64,000 bases of DNA from Callorhinchus milii. Lineage: Eukaryota. Both the position numbers and the translations under genes were made by a program. Of this stretch, positions 12,890-25,710 are shown in pieces. The DNA lies in the NCBI RefSeq assembly GCF_018977255.1, contig NW_024704742.1, positions 73,286,001 to 73,350,000 of the forward strand, given 5' to 3'. The notes beneath the pieces were generated by a model. The model had not been told where the DNA came from. It made no database searches and worked only from the letters and a program-made list of their open reading frames with translations. Numbering within the stretch: position 1 is the stretch's first letter; the number at the start of each line of letters is the position of its first letter.

Positions 12890-13974
12890 CTGTGAAACCG
12901 AACAAAGACACTGTACAAACTCAGCGAGACATCACATTCAGATTTTCATTAATGCATTTCCTCTCTTTCAGGCTGAACTATAGGTATTTGCTGCTTCATT
13001 TAGATATCCCACTGAATCTTCTCTTCCTAGCAGGGGCAAAGACTCGATGATAAGTGGTTCTTTTTACTTCATTTCTTTCTTTAATTTGCTTTGATATTTG
13101 TCCTTGTTTAATATTATCTTCCCAACATTTCAGTTGGCAAAAGCACTGCTCTGGCATACTGATGAGGCATGTACAACAACAAATTTGTATAATTTGCATG
13201 TTATACAAAATCCTTCCAATGGGATAGTACTTCCGGTTATCTAAATAACATAGATAAAAAAATTTCCACTGGGGAAATTCCACTTGGTCTAGATCTAGAC
13301 AATTTTTTCTTAGCATTTCTAAGCACAAATTTTGGACAATTTTTAAATTCAGTCTTAATTTTGAAGCCAGTTTTTTGTTGTACTTAAAATAACATAAATA
13401 ATTCTTGCATTTGATAGAATCTTTCAGTCTAGAGGATGTCTCAAAGTTTTTCACGGGTTTTTCTGTATGTTGTAGAGGAAATGAATAATGAATTAAGACC
13501 AAAGTTATAAATTGTTAGAGATTTTAAACTGTGAAATGCTCAGAACAAGTCCAAGACAAAGGCAGATGGAACTTGTCCCAAGTGCCAAAGGTGTAGCTGG
13601 AACTTCTAGCCTCCTTGAATTATCCATATCTATGTGGTTTTAGCTGGTTAGACTGCAACAGTTACCCCAACGCACACTCTGAGGTCCTCAAGCCTTGGCT
13701 CTTGATAACCAGTGCCTTACACTTTCCAGAATCAGGTAACCAGGATGTGTCCCTCCAGGAAGAGAGCTCACATTCCAGTCCAACAACCTGTGTCTGGGAT
13801 TTCCATGTCTAGATGGGATGCAGGGAAATCTCAGCTTGGTTTGGATACACTTAAAGCACGGTGATGGGTTTCCGCATGTGTCAGGTTGACCCCCCCCCCA
13901 AAAAAAAAAAATAGTTGGGGCTTCAACTGGATTCCACAGGTGGGGCAATGGGACCATCTAAAAATATACTGTAC

Positions 13975-14190
13975 CTCATCCATGCCGGATGCTGTGAAGA
14001 AGATTCCAATTTCGTTGGCAAATCTCTGCAGCTCCTTGTACTGTTCGTGGCTGAACTCCAGGTGAAGCTTGTGCCCCCCGTAAGTGGGTTTCCATGCGTG
14101 CTGAGAATTGTATGGTCGACTCAGGGCTCCCTTGTTAAATCTGCACTCCAGCTCACTCTTCTGAAACTTGGCACAGTCAGCCCCACATTC
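13975..14190 (-). CDS. NANS: NANS coding exon 2 (72 aa)
   Basis: ECGADCAKFQKSELE...GIFFTASGMDE; ctgcag acceptor, GTAC donor; 216 nt, phase 0/0. Confidence 0.97.
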
Positions 14191-14619
14191 CTGCAGACAC
14201 ACAACACACGCAGCACCACGCTCACTCCACACTCAAAACGGTAGTTTTACGATGCGAGTATTTTATTCTTCGCGCCTGGTGCAATGTGCATCCATCAGAG
14301 CCGGTGCGAGTTATTCACTTTAATGGCAGTGTGTGTGCAAGCTGTCCCCCCCCCCCCCCCCCCCCCCACCCCCCTCTCTCTGCGGGTCTCGGGGTGTGGA
14401 GAATACACCAGGCACTTGCGGAGGGGCAGTGGTTGCTTTACACTTGACAGATCCCCCTCCCCTCTTCGTTAAACCAAAACCAGAGGAGGAGGGGGAGGAG
14501 GACACTTACCTGAGCTATTGGTCGAAACAAAGCATCTGCAGCCACAGTCAGGTTTATTTAAGCACTTTCACGGCGCGGGGAACATCAGTGGATGTAACTT
14601 CCAACATTTTAATATAAAC

Positions 14620-14900
14620 GCAACGCGAAGTATCTGCAGACGCTGGAAACGTCGGAACAAAAAAAAAACCCCAGAAGTGGTTGGGAACACTCAGCAGGTC
14701 AGGTGTGGGGAGAGGAAAGTGAGTGGCAGTCTTGGGGTCCACGATCCTTCGTCAGAACGGGGTCTGGTCCAGTTCAGGCGAAGGGTCGTGGACCCCAAAC
14801 ACTGACCCACTTTCCTCTCTCCACACCTGACCTGCTGAGTGTCCCCAACCCCTTCTGCTTTTGTTTCCACGTTTCAAATGATGCTTTCAGGATTTTTTAT
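14620..14900. mobile_element. Penelope-derived foldback of two inverted pseudo-LTR copies, in NANS intron 1
   Basis: Arms are reverse complements (aacactcagcaggtcagg...gggtccacga / tcgtggaccc...cctgacctgctgagtgt) and match the termini of the Penelope element at 21512-22664. Confidence 0.8.
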
Positions 14901-15504
14901 ATTTTTTATTGGGTTAACGATTATATGCATTTGCTTTTATGCATAAAACCAACTAAAAAACAAACACACACACACACAGTGCATAAACCCGCGTGTCCGC
15001 GTCGCGCAACTATCAAACTGATAACGTTCTCACGTGGATTTATTTATTCAATTGCGGTGAAACACTTGTAGTGGCAGCACCGGTGACTGACATTGCTGAG
15101 GGGGGGGGAGGTCCAGATCTACACCGAGGTGGGGTTTGCCCACTGGGAAATTGTTTCTCTCTGTTATTCAGATAAACAGAGGTACTGTCCATCCCATGTG
15201 ACGGGTGTTATATAAAATGCTCATTATTGTGGTTGGTGTACGTGCTGTGAATTGCACCTTGTGGTGTGTGTGTGTGGGGGGGGGGGGGGGGGGTCGCTCC
15301 ATGGACGGGAGGGCTTGCGGTCAGATTGCGGATGCAGGACCGCATTGCCTTCTCTGCACCGGTGGGGCTTCAGCAACTGGTGAGGGTGGGCGGGAGGTCC
15401 CCCCGCGGCCGCCGAGCAAAGCGCATCGGCCGTGTGTGGATGGGCAGCTCCGCCGTGTGAGCACTGAGCGGCTGCCAGTCACAGCGGCGCTCAGCTCATC
15501 AGCC

Positions 15505-15965
15505 CAGGCAGGGGCAGGGCAGGGCAAGGCAGGGGCAGGGCAGGGCAGGGGGGCCGGGCCAGGCAGGGCAGGGCAGGGCAGGGGGGCCGGGCCAGGCAGG
15601 GCAGGGCAGGGCAGGGGGGCCGGGCCAGGCAGGGCAGGGCAGGGCAGGGGGCCGGCCAGGCAGGGCAGGCAGGGGGGCCGGGCCAGGCAGGGCAGGGCAG
15701 GGGGGCCGGGCCAGGCAGGGCAGGGCAGGGGGGCCGGGCCAGGCAGGGCAGGGCAGGGCAGGGGGCAGGGCCAGGCAGGGCAGGGGGCAGGGGGGCCGGG
15801 CCAGGCAGGGCAGGGCAGGGCAGGGGGGCAGTGCCAGGCAGGGCAGGGCAGGGCCAGGCAGGCAGGCAGGGGGGCAGTGCCAGGCAGGGCAGGGCAGGGC
15901 CAGGCAGGGCAGGGCAGGGGGGCAGTGCCAGGCAGGGCCAGGCAGGGCCAGGCAGGGCAGGCACA
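15505..15965. repeat. G-rich (GGGCA/GGCCA)n minisatellite
   Basis: Visible tandem CAGGG pentamers with a higher-order unit of about 30 nt. Confidence 0.95.
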
Positions 15966-16328
15966 GCACAGCACGGCCGTGATTCATTTTTCACGGATGA
16001 GGTTGTACTTTGGTCATATTGTCTTCAGAGAGAGGAGAGCAGTCAGAGCGGCATCGGGGGTGAGGACAAGAGATCAAGTTGAAGCTGTTTTTAATTCGAA
16101 GAGAACTGTGAGTCTGATTTTCTCTTTCTACGGACAGATTAACCGTTTGTAAACATATGCTGCGAGTCGTTAGTTGCGGTTTAATTGTGTTCATTCGTTA
16201 ACTTCACCGTAAATACACTGAGATGGGGAGTCCCTAATGCTTCTGGTCGGTGCTGTGATACCCATTAACTTTGTTGGCATCGGGTTATGATATAACCACC
16301 TGAACAGCGGTGCACATCACAAGGAGCG

Positions 16329-16436
16329 ACACACACACAGACACACACACACACAGACACACACACACACAGACACACACACACACAGACACACACACAG
16401 AGACACACACACACAGACACACACACATATATATAT
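16329..16436. repeat. (AC)n/(AT)n microsatellite
   Basis: Visible tandem repeat. Confidence 0.95.
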
Positions 16437-17753
16437 GGAGAGAGACAGTAAAAGCGTTCAGGGGAAACTCGAGACTTTTGCAAAGGGAAATAGTTCTGTC
16501 AAACTGGAAGAGGAAGATCCCGGTTTGTAAAATTTGTACAAAATTGTTTGCAAAATGCAAACCCAACGGGGGCTCTATTTTTCATTCGTCAGGAAAATCT
16601 GAGATGCATTTACCAGGATCATTATTTTCTTGCACGATTACTAATCCAACTTGATTCAAATCCGCTGGACTATTCAGATAATAGATACACAGACAGACCG
16701 TATATATTTTTCAACTAAAAATAACCAGAGTTAGCAGAGATGCCACTCTTCCCGCATGTTACTGGTCAGTATTCTTTGGGGACTTTTTTGTACGTTGTAT
16801 TCAACTTTTTGGGTTCCTTGTTCTAACGCATTTGCCAATCCCTCGCCCCTGAACATCATACAGCACTTACCCAACAGATGACTTTCAAATACTGTCATCA
16901 AATGCATTTATTCCTGATGTAATGGACAAATACTGCATTAGGTTCACCTACACATTACACGATCAATACACATCACTCGAAGCGCTTCGAGATATACCGA
17001 CGCGCCAAAAAGCGTCCTTAAGGATCCGAAAAGAAATGGAAGCACCAAATGGAAGGATCAATCCTGAAATTAAATGGAAGGGTTTCAACGTAAGAGAAAT
17101 TTAAGGATTTTGCTTCTCGTTCTTATGCAATCCGCCAAGAACTCCGACATCTGTTTCAAGAAGAATCCTGAAACATGTCAACGAAATTTTCGGCAAAGGG
17201 GGGTGTGGGGGTATTTGCATTCTCATGTGCAACTCGTTAAAATGGCAATTTTTTTTTTATCCCAACATATGTCATACACCAGGCTGACATAAACCACAGG
17301 GGAATCACATTGAACTATGGTACAAGGAGGGGTAAGACTGAAACGAATTTACTCGGATCATTATTTTCTTGCATGATTACTGATGCAACTTTGCAAAATT
17401 CTCTCTGCTGTTCAGATCACAGAGAGAGAGAGAGATTTTACATAGAAAATAATGTGAGCAGCAGAGATGCCACTCTCTCCAACCGTTACTGGCTGGTATT
17501 CTCTGGTGACTTTTGGAAAGCAGTCGTGGACAGGACTGCGTGTGTGTAAAAAAAAATTGCATTCAAACACGAGGCAATTGCGTTAGGGCGATTGATCTAC
17601 AGTCAAAAAAAAAAGAAGAGCACGTTTGGAAGGAGATTAAACGTCCCTTACAGTTTGGACCTAAAGAGAATAGGTGAAGTGTCTGTTGGAGGCGGGAGCA
17701 CAGGAGGCTCCCCACAACACGGTGGGTGGGTGGGTGGGTGGGTGTGTGGGTAC

Positions 17754-17885
17754 CTTGGCCATCCGGATCATCTTCTTGGCTATCTCCAGGTCTCCCTGGT
17801 GGTTCTGGCCGATCTCGGCGATGATGAAGCAGGGCTGGTCCCCGCCGATGGGGCGCCCCGGGCACAGCTCAAACTCGCGAGGCAT
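17754..17885 (-). CDS. NANS: NANS coding exon 1 (44 aa)
   Basis: MPREFELCPGRPIGGDQPCFIIAEIGQNHQGDLEIAKKMIRMAK matches the vertebrate NANS N-terminus; ATG at 17885; GT donor at 17753; 132 nt. Confidence 0.97.
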
Positions 17886-18534
17886 CTCCTGTCTCTGGTC
17901 CGGGCTGACTGGGTCGATAGCTGGGACTTTGCGCCAGAAAAGTAACCCAAGTCCCCTGTCGTCACCTGAGAGCCACGCCTCGCATGTGCAGCTGTGCAAA
18001 CACACACCTCCCACCCCTCCCTCCCTCCCTCCCTCCCTCCCTCCCTCCCTGCCCAACACGTACAGCAGGTGAAGCCAACATTAGAGCTGGGATCATGGCT
18101 TTGAGATCAGGATGTTTGCTTTGTGTTGGGAGATTATGGGAACCCTCTACTGTGAGGCGAGCAGTTCCTGGAGGAGAGCTGTATCGCTGCAAAAGTCCCC
18201 AGAGAAACCCACCTTAGGCTCATAAAGACATCCTGAGTCAAATATTGGAAACATGTTCCTGTGTCTGACCTTCTCACCACTTGGTTTCATGTGTTTGAAT
18301 TCAAACATTCTCATCTGCAAGTTGGGCACTGGGTCACCTTATGGTCGTCATATGTCAATGAAATACATAAACTTCTCATAAAAAGCCAAGCACCAGACTG
18401 ACTGTCAGGAGATATACTCCCATAATAGCCTGCCCAACATCTCACACCCAGCATGCTGGACACACTGGACACTGTTTGGATTTGACAACGTGTTAATCCG
18501 TACCAAGAGATAGCTGCAGGCCGAGAGCTAAAGA

Positions 18535-18900
18535 TTATAATAATGATACTAATCCTTGCCTTTGATATACCAAGACATTATCATGTCTTCAAGATGTCTC
18601 AAAGCGCTTCACAAAATATACTGTAAAGTGAATTGACCGTATTTTGCGGACAAAAACCCGGCAGCCGATTGCACACAGCAGTGTCCCACAAAGAGTCGTG
18701 GATTTGAGTGACTGATTTTTTTTTGATTGAAGTACTACCCCCGGAAAAGTGATCTGCCAATCGACTAACACCCGGGTTCCTACTTACTGCTAGGAGTAAG
18801 TGGAGTAAGGAAACTTGCCCAAGGTTTTGCCCTGCTGGGAATCAAACCCAGGTCTCACACATGTGTGACGTGTGCTCTCACCACTGAGCTACAGGATTCC
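18535..18900 (-). mobile_element. tRNA-derived SINE, long variant
   Basis: A box TAGCTCAGTGG, Deu-like body, L2-like tail. Confidence 0.85.
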
Positions 18901-19735
18901 ACTAGTTAATCCCAAACAATTCTGCACCAGCTAAATATCAGCAAACTGAGGTGAACATTGTCTCAGCTCGGCGGTGAGTGACAGGGTTCTGGATCTCCCA
19001 AAGTGTGAGTCCTGGAGTTAAAGTGCCACTTCAGCCATGGTGTCCTGTCTTTATAATAATGTTACCAGCTGACTGAGGAGAGGTCTCAGCAGTGAGGAGG
19101 TTGGTGACCATTGGCAGAAAAGTTGTCAGTTACACCTATTGTCTCAAAAGATAGTATGAATGCGTACTAATGTCGTTCCATTTCTACGCTCCCCCCCCCC
19201 TCTCTCTCTTGGTTGCGTCTCCATATCAAACGTTATTTTCAAGAAGATTCTCACTGCCCCCCAGGAAGAGATAACTACTAGTGACAAACAGAGGGGGAGC
19301 TCTGATTGCAGAAATTACAACTGACAAAACCATACTCTACTAATGAGCTCACTTTAGCACTGTCCTTTTCCACGTAGCTAGTCCAAGGCTGAGTCATTTG
19401 GTATAACGACAGACTTGGATCTGCCACGTAGATAAATAGTATGATAGACAGCTTCAATACCTGTGAAGGTTGTTGATGCAGTTGAAATAATTGCCTTTCA
19501 ATTAAAAATACAGTCAATTGACTTTACAGTATATTCTGTGAAGGCTTTGAAACGTCTCAACGACATTTTTAATTGAAAGGCACTATATCAAATGCAAGAA
19601 TTATTATATATTATAAAAATACAGAAGAAAGAGTGCTAACTGTGCAGACTGCCCAACTGTGTATTCCCTGTTCCTGCTTTACATTTAAGGCGCTCTATAA
19701 ATGTAATTTTGTTGTTGTTGTTGTTTTCAGTCAAA

Positions 19736-20078
19736 TATAATAATAATAATAATAATCCTTGTATTTGATATTGGACTTTATCACGTCTTCGAGACTTTTC
19801 AAACTGCTTCACAGAATATACTGTAAAGTCAATTGGCTGTATATTTTGTGGACGAAACACGGCACCTAATTGCATACAGCAGTGCCTCACAAACAGTCGT
19901 GGATTGAAGTGACCAATTTTTTTGAAGAAGAAATTATTACTCCCGAAAAGAGATCTGCCAAATGGGTTCCTACTTATTGCTAGGTAAACAGAGGCGTATG
20001 CAGTAAGGAAACTTGCCCAACATTTCATCCTGCCGGGAATCGAACCCAAGTGCTCTAACCACTGAGCTACAGGACTCC
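19736..20078 (-). mobile_element. tRNA-derived SINE, long variant
   Basis: A and B boxes, same body, (TTA)n tail. Confidence 0.88.
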
Positions 20079-21570
20079 AAATATTCTACTGATCTCAAAG
20101 CATGACAAACAGGGAAACAATTTGAAATAAATGCCTTCTTCAAAACTAGTTTTACAATTGATTCAATTCATCAATATCTTTGTCCCTAAATATTTAAAAC
20201 ATTGGAACTTTTAGAATGAAGCAACCATTTTTATACAACTTAGACAGATTAAATATCTTTTTCCATTATAGAAGTTTTAAGAGGGTGTATTTATGGAACA
20301 GCCAGTTAAATAAGTTAACACCATTAAAATATCACAGAACAAAACAGGATTTGAATATTATCTGTTGTACTCATCAAAATTACTGTCAATCTTTATAACT
20401 CCAACAAAGGTAGCCTTTAAACTTTTGGCCCACTCTGTTTGCAATCTCCTGCAGTTCTCATCTGCTCCCTCTCTCCACTTTGCTGACTCAGACCTGTTTA
20501 TGCCCTCTCCACCCTATTTGTGGGTGAGCATTCTCTCTCTGGAACTGTTTCCCTAAACTCTTCTTCCTTGTTCCCTCCAATTCTGCTTTCAAAACCCTTT
20601 GTTTCAAGACCTATTTAAAATCATATATCTTTGACTGCACCTTTGGTTTGCTTATCCTGCTTATGTTGCTGTGCAAATTGTCTCTCGTGTTTGCCAACAC
20701 AAATAGAGTCACAGAAAAACGGACATCTCAACGACATGATAAGGTGCTATATCAAATGCAAGGATTATTATTATAATTATTATTATTATAAAAAAGAAAT
20801 ACAGTTATGCTATTCCCCAGATTGGTAAAATATTTTTCTGTATCATGCACATTGCTACATAAAGGTGTCTTACACAAAACATCCTGTCTCTGTGAACTTG
20901 ATTATCTCTCTGTCTGAACATATATCGACTTGTAAGTCAACAATTTCATTTAAATTAAATAAAAATAAATATAATCTAAATATTAAGTCAACAATTGGTT
21001 AAGTGCTCTGAGCTGCTAACCTGCCACTATAGCGGTACATTATTATTGGTGGTGGTGTTGGTCCAGGAGGCCTGGCGAGTGGAAAATGTCACTCTGTTAT
21101 TTGAGAAAGATGAATCTCTAAGGAGTTTTTTGGAATGCTGAATGGGTAAACAAAATAATCCGCCCTTGCCTTAAACTGTTTCTATGTTGCTATGAATGAT
21201 TCCAAGCTGATACAACAATGATCCCTGAGACTCACCAAACCTGTGCACAACCAAAGTTTCTGGTTTGATCCCCAATTTTCCTACATTCCCCACAGCTGAT
21301 CCCTGACTGGGACAGCTTTCCTAAAGAATTACAAATTATAGAAACATAATGAAGGATACTTCTGTAGTTGAGAATATTCTTTGATTGATCATCATATGTA
21401 ACAGTTGTATCCGAGACTTGAAATTTCACCTAGTGTTAGCTTTAAGAGCAATTTGTCTCAATTGCTCCAGGACGCCACTCCTTGTGAAGAAGAAATATAA
21501 TCCAAGTTGTTAACAAAAACAGCCAAGAACACTCAGCAGGTCAGGCAGCTTCTATGGAGAAAGGAAAGTA

Positions 21571-21607
21571 AGTCAACGTTTCGGGTCCACGACCCTTCGT
21601 CAGAACT
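21571..21607 (-). ncRNA. Minimal type I hammerhead ribozyme motif in the Penelope pseudo-LTR
   Basis: AGUU-CUGACGA-A-GGGUC-GUG-GACCC-GAA-ACGU-U-GACU: conserved core, stem II, palindromic stem III, GUU site, stem I AGUU/GACU. Confidence 0.8.
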
Positions 21608-22528
21608 GGAGGGGTGGAAGATAGAAGCGAAATTAGTGAATTTTTCCAGCTCACTACGAGAGCAGGAAACAGCCCCAACACAGTTGCCGATGTACCTGAG
21701 GAACAGGTCAGGGAAAGGACCTGAGTAGGCCCGGAACAAAGCATATTCCAGGTGGCCAACAAACAGGCAGGCATAGCTGGAACCCATAGGTTCCCATAGC
21801 GACACCTTTCACTTGGAGGAAGTGATTGGAGTTGAAGGTGAAGTTGTTCAATGTCAGAACAAGTTCAGCCAGACGGAGGAGGGTGGTGGTGGATGGAGAC
21901 TGGTTAGGCTGCTGCTTGAGGTGGAAGTGGAGGGCCTGCAGGCCATCCTTGTGGTGGATGGAGGTGTAGAGGGACTGAACGTCCATTGTGAATAAGAGAC
22001 GGACAGGGCCCGGGAACTGGAAATTGTTGAAGTGGCAGAGGACGTCAGAAGAGTCACGGATGTAGGTTGGTAGGGCGTGGACAAGAGGAGCAAAAATAGA
22101 GTCCAGATGCGAGGAGATCAGTTTGGTGGGGCTGGAACAGGATGAAACAATAGGTCTCCCGGGAAACTCCTGTTTGTGGATCTTGGGGAGGAGGTAGAGG
22201 CGGGCTGTGCATGGCTGGGGTGCTATGTGGTTGGAGGCTGTGGGGGGAAGCTCCCGAGAGGAGATGAGGTCATTGACTGTCGCGGTGATAATGGCTTGGT
22301 GTTCATTTGTGCGGTCATGGTCCAGGGGAAGGTAGGAGGATTCGTCAGAGAGTTGCCGTTCAGCCTGTGCCAGGTAGAGGTCCTTTCGCCAAACGACGAC
22401 AGTGCCTCCTGTCAGTGGGTCTGACAATAATGTCAGGATTGGTCCTGAGAGAGTGGAGTGCAGCACGTTCGGAAGGAGAACGATTTGAGTGGGAGAAGGG
22501 AGTGGAGAAATAGACACGGCTGATGTCA

Positions 22529-22565
22529 CATTCTGACGAAGGGTTGTGGACCCGAAATGTTGACT
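22529..22565 (+). ncRNA. Second, partly decayed hammerhead motif in the inverted pseudo-LTR
   Basis: CTGACGAAGGGTTGTGGACCCGAAATGTTGACT; two CpG-type C>T changes relative to the 21571 copy. Confidence 0.6.
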
Positions 22566-22779
22566 CACTTTCCTTTCTCCATAGATGCTGCCTGACCTGC
22601 TGACTGTTCCCAGCGACTTCTGTTTTTGTTTTCAGATTTCCAGCATCTGCAGCATTTTGCGTTTTAATCCAATTTGTTGATGTTTTCAAATTAAAGATGA
22701 TAAGAATTGTCGGAAATTCTTAAATTCAGTTTTAGTTCTGAAGCAGGTTTTACAGTTCTTAAAAAGAACCAGATTCCAG

Positions 22780-23820
22780 CTCTTGGTGATATCATTTGAG
22801 ACATGGGGTCAACTTCCATCTGCATGCGGATGACACCCAACTCTACCTTTCTGCCTCCACCCTTAACTCCAGGACCACTGCTGTCCTGACAGAATGTCTG
22901 TTAGACATCAAATGCTGGATGAGAGCTAACTTTCTTCAATTGAACATCAACAACAACAACTTGCACTTATATAGCGCCCTCCACTCAGGGCAGTGTCTCA
23001 GACCGAGGCCCTCTTGATTGGCTCCCATCAGCGCCTCCACACCTCAGGCGCTGACAGCATCACGATCCATGGTTGCACACTAACTAAGTCAGTTCGGAAC
23101 CTTGGCGTCTTGTTTGACCCTCAACTATCCTTTCTACCTCACATCCGCGCCATGACCCGCTCTGCCTTCCCCCACCTCCGCAACGTTGCCCGGCTCCGCC
23201 CATCTCACACCGCAAGCCGCCGAAACCCTCATATACGCATTCTTACATCAAGGCCTGACTATGTAAACTCACTGCTTGTCGGCCTCCCCAACACCTCCCT
23301 CCATAGGCTGCAGATCATCCAAAACTCTGCAGCCCATGTCCTCTCCCGCACCAGGCTCCGTGACCCTATCTCACCCATCCTCACCTGACTCCACTGGCTT
23401 CCCATCACACAAAAGATATAGTTCAAGATCCTGGTCCTCACCTTCAAAGCCCTCTATGGACTCGCTCCCCCTACCTCTGCAACCTCTAACGCCCTACCAT
23501 CCTGCCTGCTCCCTCTGCTCAGCGGGCTCCAGCCTGTTTCACATCACCCACCCCACCATTGCCGGGCGGGCCTTCTGCCACTCTGCCCCACCCTCTGGAA
23601 CTCCATCCTGCAGTCCCTCTGCCTCGCCCCCTCCCGTCAAGACCTATTTCAAGACCCTCCTTTTCAACTGTGCTTTCGATCACTGCTTCCCCCCCCCCCC
23701 CCGCCCTCCAGCCTCCCCAATCCTGACCCCCAGCTCGGGTCTAAAACACTGACTGTCCTGAGATGTCCTCCCGACGTGAAAGGTGCTATACAAATGTAAT
23801 TTTGTTGTTGTTGTTGAGAA
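22780..23820 (+). mobile_element. L2 3' fragment
   Basis: [27 protein letters not shown]2 tail. Confidence 0.9.
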
Positions 23821-25454
23821 TGAATAGAAGAATTTTCCATAATTCTTTGTGATCTTAAAAATTAAGACTAATTGGAATTCAGGTTCCATCTGAAGACTTT
23901 CTTCTTCGACTGTGTTTACGGCCACCTCTCCCCTACCCCAGGCTCGGAATCAGGCTCCGCCACTGGTAAGTGCTCTGCGACTCTACCCTCCATAGAGGTG
24001 CTATGTAAATACAAGTTGTTGTTACATGAATCCCTGCTCCCAGTGACTGGTCTCCCCTTCCAGGTCCTGCTGATGAGCCATGCTGGGTGTGGTGTCATCA
24101 GCACTGCCCTGGAATACTTCAGATCTGCCTGGCTCAGGAACTGAGCTATCGAGAACCCCAAAGAGGGCTGGCTCATTTCTGGCATTCTATTGCCAAAAAT
24201 GTCATGTTGGAGCGATCTTGGATAGCTTGCTCCCCAAATCTAAACTGCATGTTAAATCTTGCAGAGATATGCTTTCAAGCAGTAGAAACCCTGTGCTATC
24301 AATACCAAATGTGGGAATTGAATGAGATTCTTGGACTATGGGAGATGGAACTTAATGTTAGATTAAACTCATGAAATTGGGAAAAAGTTGAAGGTATCTT
24401 TTACGCTCAACAACATAAAGCCATTCAATGCTGGTCTCATATATCTGGGTGCTCCTTTGTCATCTCTTTTGACAGGATACAAGATACCGTTTCTGACCTT
24501 TAGTCTGCAGCTCCTTTCTCTTTTTCTTTCTTGGTCATAGCTTTTGTCTATTTTATTAATAATACTGCCTCTGAACTTTTTCCCTATGTTGTTCTATTAA
24601 AATCAAATCTCACTCTTTTCTACTTTTAACTCATTCTTTAACTCATTCTAGATCATCAAAACTTAGAACACTTTACATATATAGGAACAAAATTAGACTA
24701 TTCAGCCACCACTATTTCATTAGTTTGTGACATTTGGTGTCTTTCTGATCCTTTTCTTCTTAATCCTCAAATATGTCTGTATTTCCCTCATAAAATGTCC
24801 TCCTGTTGGGTTGGAAGTTATGGCCAGTAGTGGAATTAACCACTCGGTTGTAGCCTGGGAAAAAAGGTGTGGCCATGAAAGATCAGCTTATCCTGTTTTG
24901 CGGAATTTTAAATTCGGAACTGTAAACAGAAGAACCAAAGTCCTTGTATTTTATATTTTAAAGCTTGTTTACTTAATAAGGCAGAAAGACATATAATTTT
25001 TCATTGATTCAATAATCAATTACAGTAGGTAGGGTTATGAAAGATAGTATTGGCTGTTGACGCTCAAGTATAGCAAAGTCACTGTAATGACTGTATCAAA
25101 AATCACAACTTCTTCATACGCAGTAGGCAAACATTATTTCTCTGAAACTGGAACACTGGTAATAGTGGGTGTTGAATCAAAGGACCAAAGTTGAATCTTT
25201 AGCAGTTACCTTGTTACATTCATCTCGCTTAGATATAAATTCTCCAATTCAGCTCAATTTAATTAGGCTTATAATGTCTACAAATCATTTCAATATTGGC
25301 TAACAAGCACAAGCAACCTTCACCCGATCAAAACAACCAATTTATAATCAAGATTGTCATTCCACAGGTCAACTTGATGCTAGCTAACAAGCATAAGCAT
25401 TTGTAACTGAACTAAAGCAATACATTAAGCGATAATATATTTTTGATCACAACA

Positions 25455-25710
25455 CTCCCGATGCTTCAGATGAGATGTTAAACCAAGATCCTGTTTGTCT
25501 GTTCAGGATGATGTTAAAGATCCCATGGCACTTTTTGAAAACAGGAAGTACTATCTCTTGAGGTCCTGGCCAACAATTATCCAAATAAAATTGGCCATTC
25601 ACTTCATGCTTGTGGGACATTGCTGTGTACACAGTCATTACACTTTACAATATATCCTATGAAGCACTTTGAGTCACTTCAACAATGTGACATGTTGCTA
25701 TATGAAATGC
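25455..25710 (+). mobile_element. Old Deu-domain-type SINE remnant; similar pieces near 43700, 59600, 60480 and 61000
   Basis: gatgagatgttaaacc...taaagatcccatggcac...gcttgtgggacattgctgtg resembles the AmnSINE1/SacSINE1-type body as recalled. Confidence 0.6.

Larger units (their letters stand above)
21512..22664 (-). mobile_element. Internally deleted Penelope-like element with inverted pseudo-LTRs and a 14-bp TSD
   Basis: RT motifs LPKIHK..PGRPIVS, FTMDVQSLYTSI, QVKGVAMG; terminal repeats in inverted orientation; flanks taatccaa(g/t)ttgtt at 21498-21511 and 22665-22678. Confidence 0.92.

Noticed and set aside
15205..16152. Long G/R/A/Q-rich and P/C/A/L-rich ORFs in several frames
   Set aside because: They are artefacts of the stop-free GGGCA minisatellite.
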